A stretch of DNA of 63,605 bases, filler included, from Collodictyon triciliatum (Eukaryota): assembly GCA_043381765.1 (NCBI GenBank). It is 6 parts of 6 records of this genome, joined end to end, with 100 filler letters (N's around TTAATTAATTAA, not from the genome) between each part and the next. Parts side by side here need not be neighbours in the genome. Positions count along the whole stretch, not along the records: positions 1 to 20,752 come from JBHJMP010001584.1; 5 more parts are not named here. The stretch is one strand, 5' to 3'. This document shows positions 1 to 13,192 of the stretch, one piece after another; the first letter of the stretch is position 1, and every line of letters starts with the position of its first letter. Position numbers and translations under genes: made by a program. The notes under the pieces are model-generated. The model was not told where the DNA came from, ran no database searches, and saw nothing but the letters and a program-made list of their open reading frames with translations.

Positions 1-147
1 AAAAAACAAAAAACAAAAAACAAAAAACAAAAAACAAAAAACAAAAAAACAAAAAACAAAAAACAAAAAAACAAACAAAAAACAAAAAACAAAAAACAAA
101 AAACAAAAAACAAAAAACAAAAAACAAAAACAAAAAACAAAAAAAAA
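1..147 (+). repeat. (AAAAAAC)n simple repeat upstream of ARM gene
   Basis: Directly visible heptamer array. Confidence 0.95.
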
Positions 148-187
148 AGAAAAAAGAGACGAAAAGAAACGAACTCTACACGCAGCC

Positions 188-3100
188 ATGTCAGAGCGAC
201 CGCAGATGGAGCACAACACACAGCGGACCGTCTGGCAATACCACCCCACTGCCGAAGACAACACCAACGCAGCACCGCCGCGGCACCCACGCCCCACCTC
301 GTCCACCTCCTGCACCTCCACGCCCACGCCCACGCCCGTCTCCCTCTCCGTCTCCCTCTCCTCATTGCCACCGACATCGCCGCCGGCAGCGGGGGTCGTC
401 CACCCCACCGCAGCAGCCTTCTACGGAGGCGCCGCCGGCCGCGTGCCGGAGACTGCGCCGGAGATGCAGCAGGTGGTCGGATACCTGTGGTCCACGCAGC
501 AGCGGGCCGCCTCTGGAGCGCCCAGCCGCGCCTCTGGACCACCCAGCCGCGCCGGTGGGCGTGCGCACTCTGCCGGCAGCCTGTCGGGCGGCAGCCTGTC
601 AGCGCTCCCCGCCGTGCCGCCCCGGTCTGCCGCGAGTCTGCCGTCCGTCCCGGACCGCCCGCGCCCGCATCCCAAGAGACGCGCCCGCTCTGCACACCGC
701 CACTTGGCCCCGACAGAGGCCTCCTTCCGCGCAGCCTCCCCCACCCGCGCAAACTCTTCCCTCTCCAGCCCCGTCTGGTGGGCCCAGAATGCCATGTTTG
801 ACCGCTCCCATCGCAAGGCCGTGCAGGTCTCTTTGCTTTTCTCTCTTTTTCTCTCTCACTCTCACTCTCACTCGTTTTCTTTTCTTTTCCTTTTCATTTA
901 TGATTTAATTTTTATTTTTATTTTTATTTTTATTTTACGCTTTGATTTACACTTTGATTTGATTTTGATTTGTGGCCTCGTTGAGATGCTTTCCGCCGCG
1001 CATGAATCTCTGGATGGGAGTGGCGCTCGTTAGTTATCCTGCTTGATGGGTTGATGTCTTGTAGGAGCCCATGGACTGGGCGCCGGTTGCCTACATGCTC
1101 AAGTCTTCTCACCTGTATATGCAGAAGCATGCGGTCGCAATAGTGGCTACTCTAAGTCTTAATCGTATGCGCCTTCAATTTGCTAAACTGTTTCTCATAC
1201 ATGCATGCCGGTTTTTCATGCGCAGGAGAATATGAATTGTGCCCTTATACTTATTTATACATCTTAATTTCTTGTTCGGGTTTCCATTTTCTTCTAATCT
1301 TACCACTTGCGCTTACCTTTCATAATCTCTTCTTTTTTCCTTCATTCTTTCATTCTTTCATTCTTTCATTCTTTCATTCTTTCATTCTTTCATTCTTTCA
1401 TTCTTTCTTTCATTTTTTTAAATCGTTAGACGACAATCATGCCATCATGATAGAATCACAGCTCATTCCACCACTCATTCGGCTATCTAACTCGTCCGAA
1501 TCATCTGTCAGAAAAGATGCACAGCAAGCACTCGCCCATCTAGCCACTAACAGTAAATCCACATACATCAGACATACTGGGAGGAAAGAACATAAGAAAT
1601 GTTTTGTGAACACAGTCACCCTTGCATCTATTCTTGGCAACAATATTGAAAACAATTCTCTCCATCCTTTTATTTCCCCTCTTTACTCAAATCCATAAAT
1701 TTGAGCCCCTCCTCTTGTCAAAATACATCAGTTTGATCTTTTCCTCCCCTGCTTTCAAAAAAAAAAAAAAAGAAGTATAATTCCATTTATTTTGGATACT
1801 AAATTTATCAGGAGATTCACACGAGCAGCTTCTAAAATCAGACGGGCTTGAGTTTTTAATTCGCTCCTTATCCGATTCTGACACAGAACACAGAAAACTT
1901 GCCTTAGAAGCAATTAGAAAAATGCTAGTCACGAGTAAGAACAAATATATATGAGCAAATCCAATGCCAAAAAAAAAACCTTAGAGAAAAAAAACCCCTT
2001 ATTCTTCTTCCTTGTCAAAGGAAAATTAATATATATATGACAGCTTCGGTTTTTTTTTTTTAATATATTGATTCGAATAATTTTTGGACGACAGGGGAAT
2101 ACTGTGAAATTATTGCGCAGTCAGAAGTGATGCCTATGATTCTACAAACGATACGATGCAAATATCCTGACCTTCGAAGACTTGCATCAGCAGCATTACG
2201 TGATATCGTCGGAACCAGTAGGAGTTTTTTTTTGTACTCTTTTGCCTTCACATATTCCGTCCTCTCATGCAGAATAATATAGTAATAATTTATTTTATTT
2301 TTTATTTAATCAATTATGAAAATTACTGCCTACTATCTGCATACAATACCACACCCTTATCTCCGCACCATGTAATCATGCGTAGTTTGAGTATTCTTTC
2401 CTTCACTTTATAGCACTATCTATCACCCATTTTTCTCCCCATTTACTCACGAATGTTATCGCCGTGATTCAGAGTCCATAGTCCCCAGAATGCTATATCG
2501 AGGGATTTTGAAGGAATTCCCATCGTTATTGAAGAGTAAAGATATGATTGTGAAAGCAGACGCTTGCGCTGCTCTTGGACTCATTTTGGAAGACGGTTTT
2601 CTTTCATCAATTTCGATTTACATGACTGAAATCGTCCCGATTCATTGTTTGAAAGTTTAAACNNNNNNNNNNNNNNNNNNNNNNNNNNNNNNNNNNNNNN
2701 NNNNNNNNNNNNNNNNNNNNNNNNNNNNNNNNNNNNNNNNNNNNNNNNNNNNNNNNNNNNNNNNNNNNNNNNNNNNNNNNNNNNNNNNNNNNNNNNNNNN
2801 NNNNNNNNNNNNNNNNNNNNNNNNNNNNNNNNNNNNNNNNNNNNNNNNNNNNNNNNNNNNNNNNNNNNNNNNNNNNNNNNNNNNNNNNNNNNNNNNNNNN
2901 NNNNNNNNNNNNNNNNNNNNNNNNNNNNNNNNNNNNNNNNNNNNNNNNNNNNNNNNNNNNNNNNNNNNNNNNNNNNNNNNNNNNNNNNNNNNNNNNNNNN
3001 NNNNNNNNNNNNNNNNNNNNNNNNNNNNNNNNNNNNNNNNNNNNNNNNNNNNNNNNNNNNNNNNNNNNNNNNNNNNNNNNNNNNNNNNNNNNNNNNNNNN

Positions 3101-4795
3101 NNNNNNNNNNNNNNNNNNNNNNNNNNNNNNNNNNNNNNNNNNNNNNNNNNNNNNNNNNNNNNNNNNNNNNNNNNNNNNNNNNNNNNNNNNNNNNNNNNNN
3201 NNNNNNNNNNNNNNNNNNNNNNNNNNNNNNNNNNNNNNNNNNNNNNNNNNNNNNNNNNNNNNNNNNNNNNNNNNNNNNNNNNNNNNNNNNNNNNNNNNNN
3301 NNNNNNNNNNNNNNNNNNNNNNNNNNNNNNNNNNNNNNNNNNGTGATGAAAAGACTTTAACTGCGGTACTCAATCTTGGATTTTCAAACCATAAATCTAT
3401 AAAACGAGGCGTTGCAGCGATTATACGCCGGTTGGTCAAAGGTATATTCTGGGTGGCCAAACAAGCAGCCGTCCTGACCAACTTTCTATCCGATTGCTTT
3501 ATAAAATACTCTTGATAAAAAAACACCCATCATTAATTTCTTGTAGTTCATCCAATGGAATATCCCGCATATTTGATTGGTTGACACCAAAGTAAGATAG
3601 TTTTTTTTTTTTTTAACAAATTCAGCAAACCATGGAAGTATTCTACTTCAGAAGAATGCCGTTTCTCTTCTTGTGCTCCTCTCCAAGGTGTTTGACCATG
3701 AGGTGCAAGCAGATACAGCTGTCGGGCTAGCTGGAATAATGCAGCTTGGTAGTAAAATCTTCCATTATTACTAAATAAATCACGCAGCACGGAATATGCT
3801 CCGCTTTCATTTCCTTCGAGAAAACTATCCAATTAAAATCACCATTCCATAAATTGAGACGCAACTTTCTAATCATTTCGTCATCTAAGATAATACTCCC
3901 GAAGACGAAAAGCCTTTTGTATTCAGCAAATTAGTCAAGATTGGTAATTTTTAGATAATTAAGTAAATGAATCTGGAATAAGAGCGCTTTATCGGCAAAT
4001 ATTCATACCATCTTCACATCTGTGTTCGCTTTTGAAAAGTTTTTCCTTTCTCTTCTCTTCTTTTTTAAAAAAATAAGGTAAAATAATACATGCATACAAA
4101 TTGATTTTTTTTTTTAAGGCGTTATCGAAGCGATTTCGGCTCTGTGCGATATTGATGTTCGTGATATAAAAGTTGCTCTTTCCAAAGCACTATGCTCCAC
4201 ATGCGAATATGGTAATTCCTTTTCTTTTACGTTTCCTCGTTCAAGTTTTTTTTTTTTTTTTTTGGAATGAAGAAATTGCAGCCTCTATGATAACACAACG
4301 GCCGCTCCACATGGTTTCGTCATCCAGAATATTTGAAGCAGAAGTAGTGATGTTCTCAAACTTAATATTTCATGTTGAATTAAAGTATTTCCATGTATCA
4401 GTACAAGAATTTGACAAATGCATCCCATTGCTTGTATCGTCGCTGTTAAAAATGGCTGCTATAAATGACCGTGAAGTGAACAACATGATTGTGCGCTCGT
4501 TTTACATGCTAAGCTATACAAGTGATTCACTTTTTTCAATCCAATCTATTTTCTCGCAGTGAATACCATCTCCCTTCTGAATAAACAAAGAAAAAAATAC
4601 TATTAAATCAAGGAAATATATACATCATACTTGTCTAGCTAATCTTTTCATTTTCCCTTTGCAGGCGCCAATATCAGACCGATGTGCGAACAAGGCGTGG
4701 TTGCGTATCTACGAAAAGTCAACGCAAATCGCGATGTAAGCGCAGAATACAACGAAGACATATTCAGAGCACTCGACAATATTGCCCGGGAGTAA
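188..4795 (+). CDS. Multi-exon armadillo (ARM) repeat protein with a low-complexity Pro/Ser N-terminus; interrupted by gap 2663-3342
   Basis: GT-AG exons 188-826, 1065-1164, 1430-1552, 1812-1934, 2095-2217, 2473-2595, post-gap 3343-~3441, 3890-~3943, 4119-~4211, 4402-4521, ~4665-4795 give ARM-like units (LIPPLIRLSNSSESSVRKDAQQALAHLA; GLEFLIRSLSDSDTEHRKLALEAIRKM; GVIEAISALCDIDVRDIKVALSKAL). Exon structure around 3550-3750 is not resolved. Confidence 0.8.
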
Positions 4796-5457
4796 GTGCT
4801 TGCAATCAAAATGTCAGCGTGCTTGTTGAATCTCAACTCATCATTTTTCCCGCCCTTTGCCTAACTCGACACATAACTTCAAAGTCTTTTGCGATATATT
4901 GATAACCGAAATTCAATAGGATTGACAGCAGAAAATAAGCAGCAGTGTCGTTCATTCAAGCCACGTGTCTGCAACACAAACATATTTACACGCAAAAGGG
5001 ATACACGCACGATAGAAACTCTGCCGCTCTTGTAAACGAAAACCCCTGCCGAACCAACGCAATCACCAGTGTATTTTGTACCGCATCTAATTCCTTCACC
5101 TCTTTTCATCACTGCCCGTGAACTGCCCCGACACACTTCCGCAAAATGCGCCTTGCAATCCTTCACGCACTAATACACAACTTCCTCCTTCCTTTTTTTT
5201 TTTTTTAAAAAAATAAAATAAAATAAAATAAGATAAAATATCACGATACATAAAGAGGAAACTACACCAGCGAAAAAGATATGTTTGGATTTACTTATCA
5301 GCATCGGCATACAATTAGTCCAACTACACGGCCTAGTCATCCACCCCCACCAACCTCCATCGCACCCACATCCTCGAAAGAGCATGTGAAAGGGAGAGAG
5401 TGAAGGAAAAAGGAAGACAGCCACACATGCATCCTCTTTGCCTCTACAACTTGCTGG

Positions 5458-8400
5458 TCAGCTCTCTCCTGCTCCGCCATTCTGGACGACCTCTGCAACA
5501 GCATCCCTTGCCTGCGTCTCCAAAGCAACATCTGCATCCTTGCCACTCACAAGCTGCTCCTCACTTTCGCGCGGCGAGTCAGCCAACCTGCCAAGCCGAT
5601 TCTCTGCAGCCTTGTGGCCCAACGCTGCTGCTCGACGGTAGTAGATGCCAGCCAGGTCGCAGTCCCTCTGGACGCCGTGGCCCAGCTCATGACAGAGCCC
5701 AAGCATGTAGAGACAGCCCGGATGGTCTTCCTTCGCCTGCAGAAACCAATCGACGGCCTTCGCATGGTCCTGCGCAACCACGCGCCCTTCGTAGTGGAAG
5801 CACCCGACAAGATACTGCGCCTCTGCATCGCCTTGCTTGGCCACGTGCAGATAGCAGTTGTAAGCCACGCGCATGTCCTGCGTGAGTCCGTGGCCGTGTT
5901 CATAGCAGCGTCCGATCTGAACGCGCGCCCCGATGTGGCCCAGGTTGGCTGCCTGGCCAAACGCTGCCGCCGCCTTCTTGTAGTCGCGCGCCACGCCTTC
6001 GCCGCGGAGAAAGCAGAGCCCGAGTCGGTAATGCGCCTCTGGAACACCCACGGCTGCGGCCCGACGCAGCAAAGCAAACGCCTTGGAAACATCCTTTGTC
6101 AGCAAGGCTGCATCTGCATCAGACTCGCCAGACGCACCCGCCTTGCTCTCTGGCGCGTCTTTCAAGGGCGGCCTCATCAGGCGAACCGCCAGCGTGGTCA
6201 GGCCGAGCGGGTGGTCTTGCGCAGCAGCCTGTCCGTACCAGTAGATTGCACGGCGAGAATTCTGGGGGACGCCTTTGCCGCATTCATAGCAGTCACCCAA
6301 GGAACACTGCGACCCGGCATGGCCCAAGGCAGCGGCTTTCTGGAGCCACTCCACGCCGGCCACGGTGTCCAGGTCGCTGTTCTCTTCGCCGAGATGGTAA
6401 AGCCCCAGGTGATGCATGGAGTCTGTGTGGCCCTGTGCAGCCGCCTGCTCATACAGCCAGCGCGCCCCAAGCAAATCCTGCTCTGCGCCTTCTCCAAGCT
6501 GCTTGCAAAGGCCCAATCCGTGCTGCCCTCCACTGTGTCCTAAGTCTGCCGCCTTCTTGTACCATGAAGCAGCTGCGGCCCGGTCTCGCTCCACACCAAG
6601 GCCTTGAAAGTAGCAATCGCCCAGGAGAAAAAACGCGTGGCAGTGGCCTTTGTCAGCCGCTATGTGAAACCAGCTGACAGCTTCGCGCGCTGCATCCTGG
6701 TCGATAAGGGCAAAGTCTTTGCACAGCCCGATTTCTCGTCTCCTTTTCAGACGCTGCTCCGCAAGATGGCGTTTCTCTCGAAAGGTTTGGTGGCTGCCCT
6801 GCTCTCTTGTCTGTTCAATCGCAGGCTCTTTGCCGGGTGGGTTGTGCTCTGGACTCTTTTGGTTGAAGTAGCGCTCGTACTCCTCATCATCAAAGAAGTA
6901 GTAGTCGTATCTCGCACCACCTTCTCCTTCGCTGTCATTGTCGTTGTCGTTGTCGTTGTCGCTCTCACAGTCACTCTCGTGAAACGGATTTCCGGCCTCT
7001 GCATCTATCCCATCACGCAGGGGTTTTCTCGTTCGTGACTTTTCCTCAATGATACAGCGCGGACCTGGTCCGTCTGTGTATTGGGAAGCAAAAGCACATG
7101 AAAAGATATCTGAAAATCCTGAGGCGCTCGTTGGTGGGTTTCCACAGTTCATCAAAAACTCTCCCACTGCAACCTGTGCATCTGCTTGGCCAAAGTGGGC
7201 GGCGATTGTATACCACTCAAAAGCTTCTTCTTCGCTGGCCGGTATTCCGCGGCCGTGGCGATAGCACTCAGCCAGGTGAAACATGGCATCCGCGTGTCCG
7301 TAGCTTGCTGCCTTTACAAAGTACTGGACCGCCATCTCTAGATTCTTTTGGACACCAAGTCCATTTTCATACAGCAAGCCCAGTGTATAGACTGCTTCAT
7401 CAACCACTTCGATTTCTTCATCATTGACGCCCTCCTCCTCCTCCTCCTCTTCTTCCTCTTCTTCTTTTAAAGCGTCTTGCTCTCCCTTTTTACTCCCAAC
7501 GTCACCATTTGTTTCTCCTCTTTGAATACCCATACCACCATCGGCTGTTTCTTGCCCTTGCGAATCAACACTAATAGTTTCAGTGATGCTAGTTCTCTCA
7601 GTCCACCTGCTTGAGTTGCTTTCCTTTTCAGCTATTTTGAGCAGCACTGAGTGATTGCTATTCTCCACAGAATTTATGAGCTTCCCACAGCAAGGACAAA
7701 CATGGGGATTGAGAGAAACGGCTGATTTAGGTTCTGGGGAATGTAAACATTTGACTTCATTTACCTCTTCTTGTACATGGTTCCCCATTTGAGAGACTAT
7801 GTGCTTTGTTTGTCCCACTGTAAAGGAGATAAGGAGGGACTTTTGGCCCTGTGGATTCGTTCCCTTTTTCTGAATGGGCATATCCAGAGTGCTGGACAAT
7901 TCGCTTAGTCCGGAAGGTGTCTTTGTTTCCTCGCGATTCAGCTCCTGGTGATTCAATTTATGATTGGCTTTGAATAAATCGTGGAATATGTTTTTCGTTC
8001 TCCCCCCTGTTTCGACATTTGTTTTGAATAGCGCCTTTTGGATAAATTCATAGGTTTGGCCATAGCTCTTTTCGACACCCAATCCATGGAAATGCATGAG
8101 AGCGAGTACACAGCAAGCGTGTCGGTTACATGATTCAGCCGCTTCTGACAAGAGTTGGAGACCCTGGGCTCTTAAAGAAGGTTCTTCATGTACTACTTTA
8201 TGTCTTTCGTGGAGGATACAATTCTTTGTGTCGATGTAGAAAGCAGACAAGGTCTCGTCCAAATCAACTGTGATATCCGCGGTTGTGTCTGAGCGCGATT
8301 CAAGATGGTACCCTCGGAGATAGCAGAGGGCTAAGGCATACTTTGCATGGACATGACCTTGAGCTTGTGCAAGATTATACCAGGCCATAGCTTCTCGAAA

Positions 8401-11400
8401 AGATTGCATAACACCTACACCATAAAAGAAGCAATCTCCTATGTCTGTCTGTGCGCACTGTAGACCATTTCGGGCAGCCTTAAGTATCCACGCAGATGCC
8501 GTTTTCAAATCCTTTTGCCCGCCAAAACCAACCCCATCAGCATACATCCATCCGAGAACATATTGAGCCCAAGGAAAGTTATTTTTTGCAGAAAGTTTAA
8601 TCCAATATAGCGCGTCAGCCATGTTCACTTGACAATGCAGGCCCTTCAAGTTGCATATGCCAACGATGAATTGAGCCTGCGCACAGTTCATATTTGCCGA
8701 GCGCAGAATCCACCTATAGCCCGATGTCACTGTAAGTGTTATTCTCTTAGAGCAAGATAGCATTCCCAATGCAATAGGTGCATATTTGTCGTATTGCAAC
8801 GACGCTCTAGTCAGGTAATAAACAGCCAGCTCCAATTCAAAATCATGCTGGGCATGATTTGCTATGTTAATACCCAATTGCCTTTGTGATTTTGCGTGCC
8901 CCCTTCTTGCAGCCCTAGCAAGCCAAGTCCTGGCATTATGAATTCGTTTCTTTCTGATCGCTTCATAGTCCAACTCCTCTGGTGACGTTCTTTCAAAATC
9001 GGAGTCGCTCTTATCCTCATTTTTACCAGCTAATCCTCTATCTCCTGTTGCATGCAAAACTGCATTTTGCTGGGGTGCATTTGCACTTTGTTTTTGCTTA
9101 TCAGTACTGAACTCTGGTCGAGATTTGAAATCATTTGATGAATTTTTATTGTCCTCGCTTTTTAAATCCTTTGGATCCTTATCTGGGATATTGCCCCAGT
9201 TCTTCAGGTAGTAAAGTCCACAATTATACATAGCCTCGTAACCCCCTTGGTGCGCAGATATTTTCCACCACTCTAGGGCTTTGCTTGGGTCAGCTTTGAA
9301 TCCATACCCCCGAAGGAAGCAGCAACCAACATTATTGATAGCATGGGTATGTCCTCCATTCGATGCTTTCATGAGCCACTCAAGCCCTTTGTAATAGTCC
9401 TTTTTAGACTCAGTCAGATTTCCATGGCAAAAACTCATGCCGTAGTGATACATGGCTCCAACTATGCCAGCCTCTGCTGCATCACATAGTCTCCTGATAC
9501 CCTCACTTACATTTCGGTCGGCTCCGTACCCATAGATATGGCATATACCAAGAAAGTAGCCAAAAATGTGATGAGAAAATGAGAGTCTTTGAAGACATCG
9601 AAAGGTTGAATCATCAGATCGGCTTGGGTTTTTTTCAATTTGCTCAGATATCTCGACTAGAATGTCATTTCCTCTCGGAAAAGGGATGTCTGATGGGTAC
9701 TCCAGATACAAGCAGCGAATGGCGACAAGAGAAGGAATGAACCTAGGCTTCTTGATTAAAGAGAGTATGTAGAGACATTGCGCACGAAGATAGTTCCGGT
9801 CAGCGTGTGCGACGCCGCCATTCTGTAAGTTCTTTTCGAAAGAGTGAAATAGATCTGCTTGAAAGATAAGTGATGGATTCGGATGGTGCGCTGCTCTTAC
9901 GAGGTCGTTAAGTGCAGTAGTGGTGTTTCTTTCTGTTCCAACTCCGTAGAAGGAGTAAATGCACGAATATACCAAAGCCTCGTGGTTGGAGACCTCACAA
10001 AAACTTCGCACCGATTTGTATATAAAAGTCTCTGTGGACACTTCTCTGGAGTCAAGAACAATCTTCAACTTTGATGTCATATCAACATCTTCTGCAGTAT
10101 CGAGCCTGCATAGATCGGTAGGAGAGAGCTTTTTTACAAAATTGATGGGTACCTCAGACGGTGGAAGGTCAAGATGCTGATCAAATATTGAAATACAGTT
10201 AGTGACTGTGTCTTTGCCTCTATTGTTTTGGTTTGCACTCACTTGAATTAGCAGAATTTTAATTTAACAAGCGGCTACTTTATATTCAGAGACACAAATA
10301 AATAATTTCTGATTGGTGCTATCAATAGAGTGGTAGAGAAATATTACAGACATAATAATGATAAAAAAAAATCACCTCTATTCTAAAAATTGACATCTGG
10401 GACTTTATAAGAAGCTCAGCGTATGGCTGAGATAAATGTACATTTTGGATAGCAGCAAAATCAACAATATCAGCAAGAAATCCAGACTCGTCCATGCCGA
10501 TCAAGCGAGAGTCGGCAGGGTTAAGGTACGGAAACAGAGCGGATAATAGATAAATCGATTTCGTTGAGGACTTTTGTTGAGACACATCTGGTGATTCCTG
10601 TGAGAAAATACATGATTATTTTATGAAATGTCCTTCACGAAGCATTTTAATTTTATTGCAGAGTGCAAGATATACACTTTTCCCCTGCTCCTTTTTATGC
10701 TAGGTCTTTGGAGAGAGAAAGAGTTAAGGAAGGCGAGACACAGCAAGTTTGTTGAATAAGGACTCACGTGCGATTCTCCAGATTTTGTCTCTCCTTCAAA
10801 TCCTTTTGATGATTCCAATCCATCCTTGGTTAGGGATGAGATACTGGAAGATTCCAGTGCACTGTGCTCAAAATCCAAAGGTGATTGGGTAGACTCTGAG
10901 CCCCCTGTCATCACAACCAGTGAGCAGACATAAAAAAAAAATAATTTGTAAACAAGAGGAAAATTAAACAAACTGAAACACCCAAATAAGATTATGCACA
11001 AGGATATGCGATTTAAATCTGAGAATTGGATGCGAGGTAATGATGAAATTAGGTATGCAGGTAAGAGGTAATGAGGAAAAATAAAACAAGAGCACATGGA
11101 TGGATAATGCAGAAAAGGAACGACTTTGGAGAAAGAAATGCTTACTGTCTGAAAAATAGTTGTAAAAGATGTCGTTGTCCATGACCGTCCACAAGGGGTG
11201 CACTCTGATCCGATTAAGAATGGTAACCAGATGGTAGAAATTGGGGCGGGCATATGGATCCTGATGCCACGCGATGGAGAATATATTGCGAATAACCTCA
11301 GGCAGGTTCGCAGGCAGCGGCAGACGTATCTTTGCTGCAACACAAGTGACCACATTAGTCGGGCCAATGCCCTGGAACGGCACACGCCCGCACAGCATCT

Positions 11401-12163
11401 CCCACAGAACCACAGCAAACGAGTAGACATCGCCCAGCTCCCTGCTTCCCACGCTGCGGGTCAAGTCCTCCAAAGCCAGCTCCGGTGCATAGAAGGCTAT
11501 TCCATGCAGCGAGATGCCTGTGCTTGTGCTTGTGCTGGTGCTTTGACTCTGTAGCCAGTGCCTCATGCGTGATGAAAGTCCTCCCCACAAGCCAACCTTG
11601 ACCTTGCCGGCCTTGGGAGGCGGCCCAATAGTGCCTTCGTCCACAACGTAGATGCAGCTGCTGCTCAGGTCTCCGTGCTCCATGCGCACCGACGGACTGT
11701 GAAGATAGGCCATGGCATCTGCAATCTGCAGCGCCCACCGAGTCCAGCGTTCCAGACTCAGCCCGCCCCACGGGCCAGTGCATCTGCTGCCCAGAAAGTC
11801 TCGCAGGCTCGGCCCGGTGGCCTCTGTGACGACATAGGCGCGCCCGTCTCGAGCCCACAGTCCAAAGAAGCGCGTGACGTGCGGGTGCGTGGCAAAGCGC
11901 AGCGCCTGCAAATCGCGTTGCAGTTCTCGCATACTGGCTGCTGTGCTTTCACCGCCGTCTTTGTCCAGATCCACGGGGATTTGGTGCAGATGCACGGCCG
12001 TCTCTGTGTTTGCAGGGTCTGTGCTCTCGAAAGGCCGCCTGTCAGATGCCCGGGTTGCAGAAGCCCCGTGGAGAAGGCCATGGTAGATTGGGCCCCATGA
12101 GTACTCGCCCGTGAAGGCGCCGATGCTGATGCTGGCTGGAGCGAGATCCCAGGTGCTGTCCAT
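5458..12163 (-). CDS. TKL-like (pseudo)kinase domain plus long Sel1-like repeat region, probably one gene
   Basis: Exon 12163-11146 has the kinase fold (HPHVTRFFG, HGDL, YAPE, DVYSFAVVLWEM, W..DPYARP). Linker exons 10904-10768 and 10597-10376 splice in phase. The 4.8 kb exon (~10241-5458) has many Sel1 repeats (AQYxLGxCYxxGxGVxxDxxxAxxWYxKAA) and no ATG near its 5' end. The last junction needs a micro-exon or unusual site, so the fusion is inferred. Confidence 0.75.
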
Positions 12164-12199
12164 TCTGCCCCTGTATTTTGTGTTTGAGTGTGGCTTTCG

Positions 12200-12643
12200 T
12201 TTTTTTTCTTTTTTCTTTTCTTTTTTCTTTTTCTTTTTTCTTTTTCTTTTTTCTTTTTCTTTTTTCTTCTTCTTTTTTTGTCTTCTTTTTTCTTCTTCTT
12301 TTTTTGTCTTCTTTTTTTGTCTTCTTTTTTTGTCTTCTTTTTTGTCTTCTTTTTTTTTGGCCTTTTTTAATTCTTTTTTCTTTTTTTCTTCTTTTTTTCT
12401 TTTTTTCTTTTTTCTTTTTTTGTCTTCTTTTTCTATTTTCTATTTTCTTTTTTTTGTCTTCTTTTTCTATTTTCTTATTTTCTTTTTTCTTTTTTTCTTT
12501 TTATTTGCCTTTTTTCTTTTTTCTTTTTTTGTCTTCTTTTTCTGTTTTCTGTTTTCTTTTTTTCTTTTTATTTGCCTTTTTTCTTTTTTCTTTTTTTCTA
12601 TTTTCTTTTTTTTTCTTTTTTCTTTTTATTTGCCTTTTTTTTA
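12200..12643 (+). repeat. ~440 nt degenerate T/C-rich tract (A/G-rich on kinase sense strand)
   Basis: Directly visible; source of spurious poly-Phe ORFs. Confidence 0.9.
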
Positions 12644-13192
12644 ATCACATATCGGTTATCTTCGTTTTGCTGCGGGATGTGAAACTGTGTCTGCGAGGTG
12701 CGCCCTTCTGCAGCGAATATTGGAACGGAGCGAATACATAAATTACATTCATATATATTAAATATACATTTTGTGACCAACCTGCAAGAATAATAATCAG
12801 TCATGTAATATATAAAGGTAATTTATTATATTTTCCGCATGTATAGATCGAAATTGGCATTCAATGAGAAATATAATTCTGGAATATATAATCTGCATTT
12901 TTCAAACACATATTTCTGTGTTCCCAATCTTTTTTCACTTATGCGTTCTCGTTCCTTGTGGCACGTCGGGGCGTCATCATCTTCGTTATTAGTCTTTCGT
13001 TTCCCCTGGTTTCCTTTTGCTGAACCTTTCTTTTGTGTTTTTTTCCTTTGTTCTGTTTTTTTTCCTTTATTTTTCTTTGTTTTGTTTTGTTTTGTTTTGT
13101 TTTGTATTGTTTTGTTTTGTTTTGTTTTGTTTTGTTTGAGCCTCTACTTACAGTTCCAACGTGAATAGGCTTTGGATCGGTTGGTTCGGGCC

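Noticed and set aside
1-147. Possible telomere repeat
   Set aside because: AAAAAAC is not a G/C-run telomeric unit and resembles other internal microsatellites here
3343-3832. Minus-strand ORFs suggesting a nested gene
   Set aside because: Plus strand gives ARM-like exons with splice sites; these are antisense shadows
12111-12741. Poly-Phe/Lys ORFs, also at 18078-18724, 55479-55872 and 61195-61678, and all X-filled ORFs
   Set aside because: Translations of simple repeats or N gaps
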